A stretch of 64,000 bases of DNA from an uncultured Candidatus Rokubacteria bacterium (GCA_963805625.1 CAWDVE010000011.1:32001-96000); one strand, 5' to 3'; positions 14,353-24,065 are shown, counted from the stretch's first letter. Notes: generated from the sequence alone by a model not told the origin. Translations and numbers: made by a program.

Positions 14353-14379
14353 AGCCTTAGATCACCGTGATCTAGGGTC
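14353..14379. repeat. 27-bp palindromic inter-gene site, copy 6
   Basis: AGCCTTAGATC-ACCGT-GATCTAGGGTC. Confidence 0.78.
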
Positions 14380-14479
14380 ATATCTTCTGAGGAGCGGAAT
14401 CAGCCACTGGGGCAACCTCGTCATGCTCGAAGCACCGTACCATCACGCTTCCGCCGCAGCTCGACGCGAGTTCACGTCG

Positions 14480-14720
14480 TCTGGCCTGCGCCTGGGCGGC
14501 GAGCGGCGCGGCGAGGAGGCCGCCTGCCATGCCCGTGATGAAGGCCCGCCGGTCCACTATTGAATCACCTCATCCGCCCGCGCGAGCACCGCCGGGGGAA
14601 TCGTGAGGCCGAGGGCCTTGGCCGTCTTGAGGTTGATGACCAGCTGGGGCTTTCTGGGCTGCTCCACGGGGAGATCGGCCGGCTTCGCGCCCTTGAGGAT
14701 CTTGTCCACGAAACCGCTGC
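14480..14720 (-). pseudogene. Two ABC substrate-binding protein relics: C-terminus of one (14557-14720) fused to the N-terminus of the next (14480-14557)
   Basis: [19 protein letters not shown]...[28 protein letters not shown] overlapping VDRRAFITGMAGGLLAAPLAAQAQ. Confidence 0.85.
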
Positions 14721-14901
14721 ATGCCAGTAGTTGGCAACGGTGCTCCAAGCACTTCCTAGGTTCCAGAGGACCGGCCCGTCCACTGGTAGCTGTTACGGCT
14801 CTTACTTCTATCACACCATCCCGACGCCCGAGCCCTGGCGGCAGCGCTAGGCAACCGGCGCGCACGCCTGCTGCCCAGGCCCTGGCACAACGGCTCTATT
14901 C

Positions 14902-15684
14902 CTACGGGGTGGTGCCGCTCAAGGAGAAACTGCCGTTAAACCTCGGGCCCGACGCTGGGGTGGGGCCGACGATATCGCCGCCAACCCGCAGCCAGTCCGG
15001 ATCCAGGTCCGCGTTGCGGATCCACATCTGCAGGTCGCCGGTAAACAACGGCGGGACAGGTCCAGGTGCGGACAGCCACAGGAAGTTGCCAGCCCGACCT
15101 TGCAACTGCACCTGGGGCACGAAGAAGTAGTGATCGGCGGGCAGGTTCAGGGGCGGCTCGAATACCACATCGAAGAGAACCTCCTGCCCCGCCACCGGCC
15201 CTTCGCCCCCCGTAGTTTGATCCGGAGATGGATGGATGCCATCGATCACCGAGTTGGCGGCCTCGAAATGGGGATTGATGACCGTGGCCGTGAACCGCAG
15301 GGTTCCAGCCGCGCTGCGGCGGTCGGCAAACGCATCATCCGAAGGCGAGTTCGTCCGGGTGGGTACCTGCCCCGACGGTGGATCGGTCGAGTCGTTCGGG
15401 AACACGCGGTAGATCTCCACGACCACGTCGCGTATCTCCCCGTGCCCACCATGGGACAGGAGCCCGGTAAAGGTGGCTCCACTGATGGTCGTGGGCGACG
15501 TGAGGATAAAGTCATCGGCGGCCTCAATCTCAATCTTGTGGCGGCTTTCGGGGCGGGAGGCAGCGGCCATTCGGCCATCCGGGTCGCCCGTGGTGAAGAA
15601 GAAATCGGCTGCGGAGGCCGTGGCGCCCAGCATCAGCACCAGTGCCAAGGTCGTCAAGAAGCAAGGCATCCGTCGCATCGTCAT
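14902..15684 (-). CDS. Secreted hypothetical protein (resembles N-terminal domains of PEP-CTERM proteins)
   Basis: RBS GGAGA, signal peptide ending ASA-ADFFFTTG; long ORF with biased codons. Confidence 0.7.
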   Translation of the reverse strand: MTMRRMPCFLTTLALVLMLGATASAADFFFTTGDPDGRMAAASRPESRHKIEIEAADDFILTSPTTISGATFTGLLSHGGHGEIRDVVVEIYRVFPNDSTDPPSGQVPTRTNSPSDDAFADRRSAAGTLRFTATVINPHFEAANSVIDGIHPSPDQTTGGEGPVAGQEVLFDVVFEPPLNLPADHYFFVPQVQLQGRAGNFLWLSAPGPVPPLFTGDLQMWIRNADLDPDWLRVGGDIVGPTPASGPRFNGSFSLSGTTP

Positions 15685-16712
15685 TCTCCTCTTGGAGGAT
15701 TGGGAATTACTGTCTGTCTGCCGGTACACACCGGCAGGCTGCTGGACTGTTCGAACAATACTGTATTGCTGCGGGCTGGGCGGTGTCCCGATCGATGTGG
15801 GAATTGACAGGCGCTCTTCCGCCCTGATGCCGTGACGATCGCATCGGGTGGTTCATCACGGGGCCTCCGGTGCGCCAAGGCTAGCATGGCGAAAGGGCGT
15901 CAAGCACTGCGCCTCCTTCTGCTCGGCCGGCTGGTGCCGGCGCGACGATCGTGGTGACGGCCGACACTCCTGCTGGCTCGAGGTGTGGCGCCGCACAACC
16001 GGGCCGGCCTGGAGGATCATTGTCGACGATCTGCGAGCAAGTCAACGAGGTCCGCTTCGTCCACTACTCCGAGAGGTACACCCCAACCTAACTTAGACCA
16101 GGACGAAGCAGAGCGGCTGCTTAACTCGAACGAACTTGTGTTCAAGGACAACCTATCTGCATGCCGCGGGGATCTCTTGCCGGCAGCTGCCCGCCACTTC
16201 TAACTGACAATCTGTTGCCTAGCTCCGCACATTTGGGCGGCGGGACGCCGACATGAGCCGCTCGCTAGCCGCGCGGGTGCTTTCTTTCCCCGATTCCAGA
16301 ATTGCGAGGCGTCCGGCAGCACGTGGCGCCAGACGCGGAAATGCGCCCGGGATTTTCAGTCGTGCGGACAATGGTTCGCGAATGGAACGAGATCGGACGG
16401 AATCGTTGTGCATTGCAGTACTCGCCGTGTCGGGCGCTGGGTTGTGTTCACCGATCGTATGTGATCCCGCCCGATGATTCGGTCAAAGCTGGGTCAAAGC
16501 AACCGCAGCGCCCCCCCCCCGGCACCGCCGCCGCCGCAGTCCCAGTCTACCCGCCGACCCGCGGAGGCCTGTCCACACCCACGTCTCCCCGAGTCCACCC
16601 CGGCGCGCTCTGGCCCTTGCCGGGCCGGCCTGCCGCGCGCGAGAGTCCGGTCACCGGTCACCCTGGGAATGCGCCCGCTGGGCTGACGGCGGGATCGCGG
16701 CGCGGGCGGGAA

Positions 16713-16958
16713 TCAGGCTTTGCACCGCCTACGATCTGGGAGCGACAAGCGAGCTCCGAACAGCATTCGGCTGAAGGTGTCGCGCCCGAGCCGGTCAGTA
16801 CCCATCAGATGCGCCCATGTCGGTGGAGAGAGCGGTGACGCCGTGCCCGTGATGTAGGGGTCATAGGGTGCGAGGCGATCGGCGACGAGGGCCGAGACCG
16901 TCACGAGCACAAAAAAGATGGCCGACGCCAGGGCCGCCGGACTCCATACGAGTCGCAA
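16713..16958 (-). pseudogene. DppC/OppC ABC permease N-terminal fragment
   Basis: LAPYDP...LSPPTWAHLMGTDRLGRDTFSRMLFGARLSL, then truncated. Confidence 0.8.
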
Positions 16959-17244
16959 GAAGCCGCGCGCAAATCCCCGCGCCCATTGGCTCAGCCTTGA
17001 CTCAGGCCCAGTCCAGAATCCCGCGCTTTTGCATGTTCGTGCAACACCCCATCGCTTCCTCGGCGACTGACCTTCCTCCCCTGCTTCCTCCTTGTCTGCT
17101 GTCGGGTCACGTCATCGTTGACAGTGCCCGTGCCGCTGAGTATGATCGCCTGCAGGTCAGGCGGGCGGGCTTTTCTGTCTCGACCAGCAGGCTTTGTCGG
17201 CCCGACGCTGGGGGTAGTACTCTAGTCTCATAAGGGAGGTACCT

Positions 17245-17511
17245 ATGAAACGCTATTTTATAGTAGCTCTTTCGATTTTCGCCGCGGCGGCAACCGTGGG
17301 ATGGAAGCTCGCAAGTCTTCCGGAAATCTCGGTGGAGCTTCAGGACATCAGCCTGATCCAGAACTCCGAACACTCGCAGCCTGGCCCGACCAACGCACTG
17401 GCAGGTATCCGTATTCGCATAAGTCCCAGCGATTTCGGCTACGACATCGGGGCGACGGCCGACGCCGTTCCGCAAATCTCCTTGGCTGCCCTTAGTGCCA
17501 CGGGGTCTTGA
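17245..17511 (+). CDS. Small secreted/membrane-anchored protein, 3' end apparently replaced at an inversion breakpoint (~17485)
   Basis: RBS GGGAGG, MKRYFIVALSIFAAAATVG signal-like start. Confidence 0.6.
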   Translation: MKRYFIVALSIFAAAATVGWKLASLPEISVELQDISLIQNSEHSQPGPTNALAGIRIRISPSDFGYDIGATADAVPQISLAALSATGS

Positions 17512-17670
17512 GCGTTACGAGGGATGCGTCCGTCGGGCCGAAACTCCACGCGGTCCTGCGCCAGCGGCGGGCGGAGCAGATACCGGTAGAGTCCGTCCAG
17601 CCCAGCGCGATCGTGGGCCGCCACCCGCACCTGGGCGTGCAGATCGAAACCCGCCAGGTGCGGAGTTCGT
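17485..17670 (-). pseudogene. IS91/ISCR-like Y2 transposase fragment A
   Basis: AGFDLHAQVRVAAHDRAGLDGLYRYLLRPPLAQDRVEFRPDGRI/VTLKTPWH. Confidence 0.8.
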
Positions 17671-17703
17671 CCGAGCTTCGCGTCCCAAAAATGGAGGTAC
17701 TCT

Positions 17704-18270
17704 ATGTTATTCAAAAAACTCGCAGTTGTGTTCATGCCCTCCTTCTTTGCCGCAGCGGCGCTCGTCGGCAACTCGGCCGAGGTTAGCGGAGCGGAAGACA
17801 AGCCCAATTTGGAGCGGGCATTGTCGGTCCTGCACGCGACCAGTCAGGCCGGCGTCAATGTCAGTAATTTGGCGGACAAGAGCGCCAAGTCGGATCTCGT
17901 GAAAGAATACGCCCGCACAGTGTCAAGCGGTAATGCTAAGTTCGACGCACAGCTCATGCTCATCGCCCAAAAACAGGGAATCAAGGTCCTTCCGCTGGAT
18001 CCGAAAACCGAAGCGGGTAAGAGCCTGATCGACCGACTCAAAGCTGAAGCGGTAATGCTGCGCTCTCTCAAGGGTGATGCCTTCGACAAACAGTATATGA
18101 CCCTCGTAACCAACACCCAGCAAAGCATCATGAATTTGGCGAACGCGCACATTGCGTCGGCCACGGATCCTGAGGTCAAAGCTTTCTTCACTGACTTGAA
18201 GACCATTATCGAGAAGCGTTTGACGACTGCCCAAGACATCTTGGCGAAGGTCTACGGCGACGACATCTAA
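17704..18270 (+). CDS. DUF4142 family secreted ferritin-like protein
   Basis: Signal peptide; LVKEYARTVS, LKGDAFDKQYM, ATDPEVKAF. Confidence 0.85.
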   Translation: MLFKKLAVVFMPSFFAAAALVGNSAEVSGAEDKPNLERALSVLHATSQAGVNVSNLADKSAKSDLVKEYARTVSSGNAKFDAQLMLIAQKQGIKVLPLDPKTEAGKSLIDRLKAEAVMLRSLKGDAFDKQYMTLVTNTQQSIMNLANAHIASATDPEVKAFFTDLKTIIEKRLTTAQDILAKVYGDDI

Positions 18271-18286
18271 CTTCCACGCTTCACAC

Positions 18287-18316
18287 TCACCTCCTCGCTT
18301 ACCGGTGGGGAGGTGA
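18287..18316. terminator. Hairpin between convergent genes
   Basis: TCACCTCC...GGAGGTGA stem. Confidence 0.6.
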
Positions 18317-18319
18317 CAC

Positions 18320-19768
18320 CTACCTCACGCGGGTGAAGACCTGCACCGGGTCGTCCAAATCGAAGTTGAACGGAACGAAGAGCTGTTGAGACTCGTCTAG
18401 CCTCGGGTTCGAGAATCGAACCGAAATCTGCGGCCCCCCGTCGAGAATGGGTTCTCGGCTGAGAAACCCCAGTTTGCCCTGATAAACTAGCGTGAAACGA
18501 AGGTTCCGAAACTGCATCAAGAGTTGGTCCCCGTTGGCACGAACCGTGAGCGGCCCGTACGCGCGATGCTCGTATCTTCCCGCCACCTTGCTCAGCGGAA
18601 AGTCGAGCGGGACGGCAGGGACATCCTGCAACGGTGGCTGCGTTTCTTCGACGAGTCTCGTCTCCCAGTCGAGCGGCTCGAGCCCTAGAAGGTGATCATA
18701 GGCGCTGTAGGCAAGCGCCATCAGAGTCGCGGTCGCGACATCTCGGTTCATCAGGAGAATGAGCCCTTGTCCCGTTTCGGGAAGAAACCCCAGATGCACC
18801 GTATAGCCGTCGATGGCCCCGTTGTGGACCACCAGGGGATGGCCGCGGTAGCTTTCGTGAATCCACGCCAAAGCGTAGTAGGGCTGCTGGACTTCGGGCT
18901 GGTCCGGCGCCGGCATTTCCGCTTGCGGGCGATGAAGGTCACGCCAATGATCCTCCCCGAGAAGACCCGGTGATCTCGTCGCGTGAAATGTGAGCCAGCG
19001 GGCGAGATCCCGTACGCTCGAGCTCACGGCTCCGGCGGGCGCGATGGCACTCAATTGTTTCAGCATCGGTATTTTTTGTACGCTCCCCTCGTGAATAGCA
19101 TAGGGGGACGCATGATCGGAGTCGGTCGCCATCTCTTCCGCCGAAAGGACGGTGCGTCGCATTTTGAGGGAAGAGAGTATCCGGGCCTGCACGAAGCTCT
19201 CCCAGCTCTCGCCGGTGACTTGCTCGACGATGCGACCGGCGACGACGTACATCAGGCTGTTGTACCGCCACTGCGCGTGAGGGGGGCCGGCGGGCTCGAG
19301 GAAGCGAAGGCGGCGGTAGAGCTCATCTCGCGAGAATGGCGCCTGGTACCAGAAGAGATCATGCCGCGGTAATCCGCTGCGGTGGGTGAGAAGATCCCGC
19401 GTCGTCAGGGTCGCCGTCGCCACCGGATCTTCGAGGGCAAAGTCGGGAAGGTAAGTGCGTACGGGAGAGTCGAGCGCGATTTTTCCCTCGTCCGCAAGCA
19501 GAGCGATCGCCGTCGCCGTGAAAGCCTTCGAACAGGATCCGAGAGCAAAGAGCGTGTCGGGCGTTACTGGTAGGTGAGTGTACGCGTCGCGGTAGCCGAA
19601 GCCGCGGGCGAAGACGAGGCGCCCCCGCTCGACGAGTCCCACGGCCAAGCCCGGAATCTGGTCGCGTGCCATGAGACGGCGGACAAGGGGCGTAAAATCG
19701 TCGGACAACCCCGATGCACCTTTTGCCTCGAGTCCGAGAGGCAAAAGGCAAATGGCCACGAGGGGCGG
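18320..19768 (-). CDS. Serine hydrolase (beta-lactamase/AmpC family) with C-terminal DUF3471-like domain; cut from the upstream HTTM domain by IS256
   Basis: FALGSCSKAF (SxxK), LLTHRSG, WRYNS, HNG. Confidence 0.9.
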   Translation of the reverse strand, partial: PPLVAICLLPLGLEAKGASGLSDDFTPLVRRLMARDQIPGLAVGLVERGRLVFARGFGYRDAYTHLPVTPDTLFALGSCSKAFTATAIALLADEGKIALDSPVRTYLPDFALEDPVATATLTTRDLLTHRSGLPRHDLFWYQAPFSRDELYRRLRFLEPAGPPHAQWRYNSLMYVVAGRIVEQVTGESWESFVQARILSSLKMRRTVLSAEEMATDSDHASPYAIHEGSVQKIPMLKQLSAIAPAGAVSSSVRDLARWLTFHATRSPGLLGEDHWRDLHRPQAEMPAPDQPEVQQPYYALAWIHESYRGHPLVVHNGAIDGYTVHLGFLPETGQGLILLMNRDVATATLMALAYSAYDHLLGLEPLDWETRLVEETQPPLQDVPAVPLDFPLSKVAGRYEHRAYGPLTVRANGDQLLMQFRNLRFTLVYQGKLGFLSREPILDGGPQISVRFSNPRLDESQQLFVPFNFDLDDPVQVFTRVR

Positions 19769-21156
19769 GCTCAAGTCCGAGCCTTGCTGGATAATCTGAC
19801 GGGGGACGCACTCACGGTCGGGCGAACCGCCGGAGTGGTGCGCTCGGCGTGAGCCCGGTCCAATTCGGCGCGAATCGCCTTGAGCTGCCGCCGCTCGAAC
19901 TCGCCGACGGTGAGACCCCGCCAGCGATCGGCCGCGCGGATCACCGCGGCGTACATGAGCTTCAACACCGGCCGTTCGCCGAAGACATGGGGGAGGACCT
20001 TGGTGCGGCGCCGTTCCTCGCCGAAGAGGCGCTCAAGAGATTCGTGGTCCGGATGACCTTGCGGTGCTGGAGCGGAAACCGCAGGTGGGCGACGCATGCG
20101 TCAAAGTCCTCGAGGAAGCAGCGGACGGCCGCGGGTAGGTCCCGCTCGTAGGTCTGCACGACATCGTCCCGGAGCACGGCGGCCAGGCGGGCGACGCGGC
20201 CTCGTAGCAAGCGCGGGCGCGGAGGCCACCTCCGGCCAGGTCGCCTCCGGCACCTTGCCACGCAGGTTCCGCATCCGATGGGCCAGGCAGCGTTCGCGCA
20301 GCGCCCGCGGGAAACACGTCTCGACCGCGCGAATCAGCCCCGGCGCGCCATCGGTCACCGTCAGCAGCGGGTCCGGCAGGCCCCGGCGCTTGAGGTCTTC
20401 GAAGAAGGCGGTACAGCTTGCGGTGTCCTCCTTCGTGCCCGATGCCAGATGTAGCAGCACCTTCCGCCTGTCCTCGGTGATCCCCCAGGCGCAGAGCACC
20501 GCCTCCCGCGGCATCCCGGCATGGAGCCGCTCGGCGACGCCATCGACGAACAGGTAGGCGACCACGAACTCGCTCAGGTCCCGGGGTGGCGAACGCTTCG
20601 TATTCCTGCCACAACCGCTCCGTCACCTGACTCACGGGCGTCCGACTGAGGAGGGGCTGCCCGGCCGGCCCCTGGAAGGCCGCCTCGATGTCCCGAGTGC
20701 TCAGACCGCGCGCGTACATCTCGACGGCCAGCCGTTCGAGCTCCGCCGTGCGCCCGGGCAGACGGGCGCGGATCCGCGAGACGAAGGGATCGGGCCGATC
20801 AGCCACCTGGGAGACTCCATACTCGATGCGGCCTTCGCCCGTCTGGAGGCGGCTCCGGCGGTACCCATTGCGGTAACCGGTCCCGGGGGCTGCGCCGTTC
20901 TCGTAGTACCCGCGGCCCAGGACCTCACTGACTTCGGCTTCCAAGGCCTCCTCCACGATCTTCCGCACCGCCAGCTTGATCAGCTCGGTCTGGTCATGCT
21001 ACGCCCTGCCCCAAGAACTCCTGCAGCCCCTGGTGCGTCTGCTCCGACGCGGGTACCCTCTGTCCCATCGGGGATGCTCCTCTCGGCGTCTCGGGTTTCG
21101 AGTTCGAAGCAAGAGTGCATCCCCCATCTGTTTTCCAGTAAGTCTAGGACTTCACC
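19769..21156 (-). mobile_element. Degenerate IS256-family element with frameshifted transposase (~19771-21068)
   Basis: GYRNGYR, EMYARGLSTRDI, AYLFVDG, TVTDGAPGL, RTTNLL; 26-bp imperfect terminal inverted repeats (20/26); 8-bp flanks AGGGGCGG / CGGTGCGG. Confidence 0.9.
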
Positions 21157-22100
21157 CGGTGCGGCGCCAGGAGCGGCTCTAGTTGCCTTGGTGCTGCGGG
21201 CTGCTCCTGGATTTCCTCCGGGATCTTTTCGGGAATCAGAAAGAGACAGCCCGTCAGGAGAATCATCACGCTCGAAAAAAAGACGAGCCCCATGCAAAGA
21301 GCAATGCCCAAATGCAGTCCGATCGTCGCGAAGCCCCAGATCTTCCGGGTGCGGCGTAGACAGATGAAAAACGGATAGCCGATCTCCACCACCAAAGTGC
21401 CCCAGCCAGCGAGCATCGGGATCAAGGAATACTTCGCGAGCCAGCTTAGATCGAAAGTGCTAAAGGCGGGTTGAGAAATCACCTGCCAGATTGCCTCGCC
21501 GTTCCACCATTGTCTCCCCATTGCTTTATCTAAACCGGCGGCAAAATAGATGACGCAGAGGTGGACTTGCATCGCCCTCAGACAACCGACTGGAATCGTG
21601 TCCTCTCGGTCGGCGGCGGCAGGACGAGACGCGAACGTCCAGGCACGCCCGGACGGAAAGAGAAAGAGATAGAAAAGGAACGTATTGGCTAACTGATCCA
21701 CTCCATAAAAAGAAGCAGAACCGCTCGTCATGAGGCTGCGGTGAAGGCCCCATACGAGAAACGCCGCGAGGCGGGTGTGAAATCCCAGTGCGAGACTGAG
21801 GAGGCTTCCGGCGTAGCTCGAGAGCAAAAGGATAATGGCGGTGTGCGTACTGATGCCGAGAGGCAGAAAGGCCTTAGCTAGAGTCGGGAGGCCTGGCACC
21901 CAAGGATCACGCAGCAGGTCCGTGAGCTCCCAGGGAATGATTCCCCGACTGCCGTGCAGTGCGAGGATATCGCTCGAGAGCCAGACCAGATGAATGAGCA
22001 GCAGCAGCGCCAACCCCACTCTGAGTCCCGCGAGTGGGCGAGCCGACACCGGCCGAAACCACGTGTCGCACTCAATGCATCGGTAATTCCACGACCTCAT
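21144..22100 (-). CDS. HTTM domain (SdpB / vitamin K-dependent carboxylase-like) membrane protein
   Basis: LAGLRVGLA, QVHLCVIYFAAGLDK, WWNGEAIW, LHLGIALCMGLVFF. Confidence 0.88.
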   Translation of the reverse strand: MRSWNYRCIECDTWFRPVSARPLAGLRVGLALLLLIHLVWLSSDILALHGSRGIIPWELTDLLRDPWVPGLPTLAKAFLPLGISTHTAIILLLSSYAGSLLSLALGFHTRLAAFLVWGLHRSLMTSGSASFYGVDQLANTFLFYLFLFPSGRAWTFASRPAAADREDTIPVGCLRAMQVHLCVIYFAAGLDKAMGRQWWNGEAIWQVISQPAFSTFDLSWLAKYSLIPMLAGWGTLVVEIGYPFFICLRRTRKIWGFATIGLHLGIALCMGLVFFSSVMILLTGCLFLIPEKIPEEIQEQPAAPRQLEPLLAPHRVKS

Positions 22101-22600
22101 GGCTGGCTTCTCTTTGTGCGCACGAACGTCGCGTCGTTCAGCACGCGCCACCGCGGCCGTACCCCCGCGCGGTAGTCGGCCATCGTGGGCATTACCCACT
22201 CCTCGATATTCACCTGCACATGGCTCGCTTCAGGATGTGCGCCGAAGCTACTCGCCGCGAGCGCACCGAGAAACGCCCGTCGCAGGTCGGTGCGCTTGGC
22301 CGCGATATAGATTGTTCCGGCGAGATTTCCGAGACGGAAGCCGACCTCGCGACTCTTCCCGGTTTCCAGTGTTTCCTCGGAGCGTTCTCCCTGCGGCGAA
22401 GAAAGGATAAACCGAGCGCGCAACTGGGGACCTACCGTCGGAGCGAAGAAAGAATAGGAGTCGCCAGCACCCGACAGTGCACTATAAAAGCGAAGTCCTC
22501 TTCCTACAGGCCCATGCACGTTTGAAGTGAGATGAGCGGCCCCTGCGACGACGAGCGCGATGTGGCAACTGAAAAAACCCACCAAGAACATGCGTTGCAT
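22097..22600 (-). CDS. SdpA/DUF5819-like partner of the HTTM protein
   Basis: N-terminal TM, YSFFAP motif, ATGA overlap with the HTTM gene. Confidence 0.65.
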   Translation of the reverse strand: MQRMFLVGFFSCHIALVVAGAAHLTSNVHGPVGRGLRFYSALSGAGDSYSFFAPTVGPQLRARFILSSPQGERSEETLETGKSREVGFRLGNLAGTIYIAAKRTDLRRAFLGALAASSFGAHPEASHVQVNIEEWVMPTMADYRAGVRPRWRVLNDATFVRTKRSQP

Positions 22601-22648
22601 GCGTCGTTTGCCTAGCACAGGGGCTCCACCCAATCCGATCTATCCCAC

Positions 22649-22759
22649 ACCACGCACCTGGTGTTCGACCCCCTCGAACTGCTGGAGAAGCTCGCCGCCC
22701 TGACGGCCCGGCCAGAGATCAATTTGCTCATCTATCATGGGGTCCTGGCCCCGCACGGT
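22649..22759 (+). pseudogene. IS91/ISCR-like transposase fragment B
   Basis: TTHLVFDPLELLEKLAALTARPEINLLIYHGVLAPHG. Confidence 0.8.
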
Positions 22760-22917
22760 GCAGTGACATTGTGCATCCTTTCGTCAAATACCTGCAATCT
22801 CGAGGTTGGGCGAATCGCCGATGCGACCCCGTGAGCGACGATGGCGACCCTGCACCCCGTCCTTTGTGGCGGCGCGAATGGCGTCGGTGTCGAGCACCGC
22901 AGGATCGAGCTGCGGTG

Positions 22918-23019
22918 GCCGACGGCTCGACCGCGCTGCTCTTGGAGCCGTTGGAGTTGCTCGAGCGCTTGGCGGCCCTCGTGCCGCCGCCGCGCCGGCC
23001 CTTGCTCGCGTATCACGGC
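22918..23019 (+). pseudogene. IS91/ISCR-like transposase fragment from a second element
   Basis: ADGSTALLLEPLELLERLAALVPPPRRPLLAYHG. Confidence 0.75.
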
Positions 23020-23116
23020 TTCAGTCTCTTCTCAACTTGATCGGACGGCCTTCGGCCTGTGGCGGCCTGTGGGCGAATCGGAGGCGCAGCGACCACGTCG
23101 CGCGCAAGGAGTGCGG

Positions 23117-23578
23117 ATGGACTCGCTGATCTGGACGGGCAACTGGGCGTGGGGCGTGCCCCTGATCGTGCTGACCTCGGTGGTCCACGTCCTCGGGCTC
23201 AGTCTCATTAACGACGCGGTCACGGGTGCGCTGGTTCGCAGAGCAGCCCGCCGCCAATTCATGGCGATGTTTGCGGCAGCCCTCAGCCTGACGGTCCTGC
23301 TGGTCACGTCGCTTCACGCCCTCGAGGCCGCAATCTGGGCGGTCGCATACCGTCTTCTCGGTGCCCTCCCTGATGCCAAGGCCGCGATGCTCTACTCGGT
23401 GAGCGCGCTGACGACCTACGGGCACGCCAGCGCCCTCCTTCCGGAGCACTGGAGGATGCTCGGGGCCCTGGAGGCTCTGAACGGGATGATCCTGTTCGGT
23501 TTGACGACGGCGTTTCTCTTCGCCATGATCCAGGAGGTCTGGCGACCCGGCAGCCGGCCCGGGCACGTGCTTGCATAG
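23117..23578 (+). CDS. Small ion-channel-like (Ion_trans_2) membrane protein
   Basis: HALEAAIWA, YSVSALTTYG, WRMLGALEALNGMILFG; RBS AAGGAG. Confidence 0.82.
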   Translation: MDSLIWTGNWAWGVPLIVLTSVVHVLGLSLINDAVTGALVRRAARRQFMAMFAAALSLTVLLVTSLHALEAAIWAVAYRLLGALPDAKAAMLYSVSALTTYGHASALLPEHWRMLGALEALNGMILFGLTTAFLFAMIQEVWRPGSRPGHVLA

Positions 23579-24065
23579 GTTTCGCCCGCGGAGGGGCACG
23601 TCGCGGCAGTGATGGTCCCAAGCCTGGGGCGCCTGCGCGTTGAACTCGATGCGGAACCGCCCCGTGCAGGGTGGGTGATAGCGGGCCGGTGGAAATAGTG
23701 ACCGGTGCCGAGAATAGCAACCCGTCCTCTCCGTGGTCCCGTTCCCTTCAAGACATGCGCGCGCTCTGCGCTGGCGTTTCTGTAATAAAGGTGCTTCCCG
23801 CGAATCGAGATTCCGAGCCGAACGGGTTCTCTTTTAAACGGTTTTCCTCAGAAAATCCCCCGCCGGCCAATGCTCGCGCCCAGGCTGCGGCCGATGCGTT
23901 TCAGACTCGGCCAGCCGTGGCGTCTGGCAGCCGGGTGCTTCCAGTACCACCTCGGGCCGCAGCCGGTATTTCCAATCCCGTTACCTTCAGAGTTCCCCAG
24001 CGTCCTTCCTCGTACACCAGGCTTAGGATCGGGCTCAGTGATTCCAAGAGCTCTCGGCAACTACC

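Noticed and set aside
8751-14379. The repeats as a CRISPR array or classical integron attC sites
   Set aside because: Spacing is 0.5-2.6 kb with whole genes between repeats; no cas genes; sites are too short and lack RYYYAAC/GTTRRRY boxes; no intI in the window.
10247-14407. Shared 11-mer GAATCAGCCAC at 10247 and 14397
   Set aside because: Lies on opposite sides of the nearest sites and has only two copies; not interpretable.
15850-16700. Short ORFs in the gap
   Set aside because: No recognisable motifs or RBS; probably decayed sequence.
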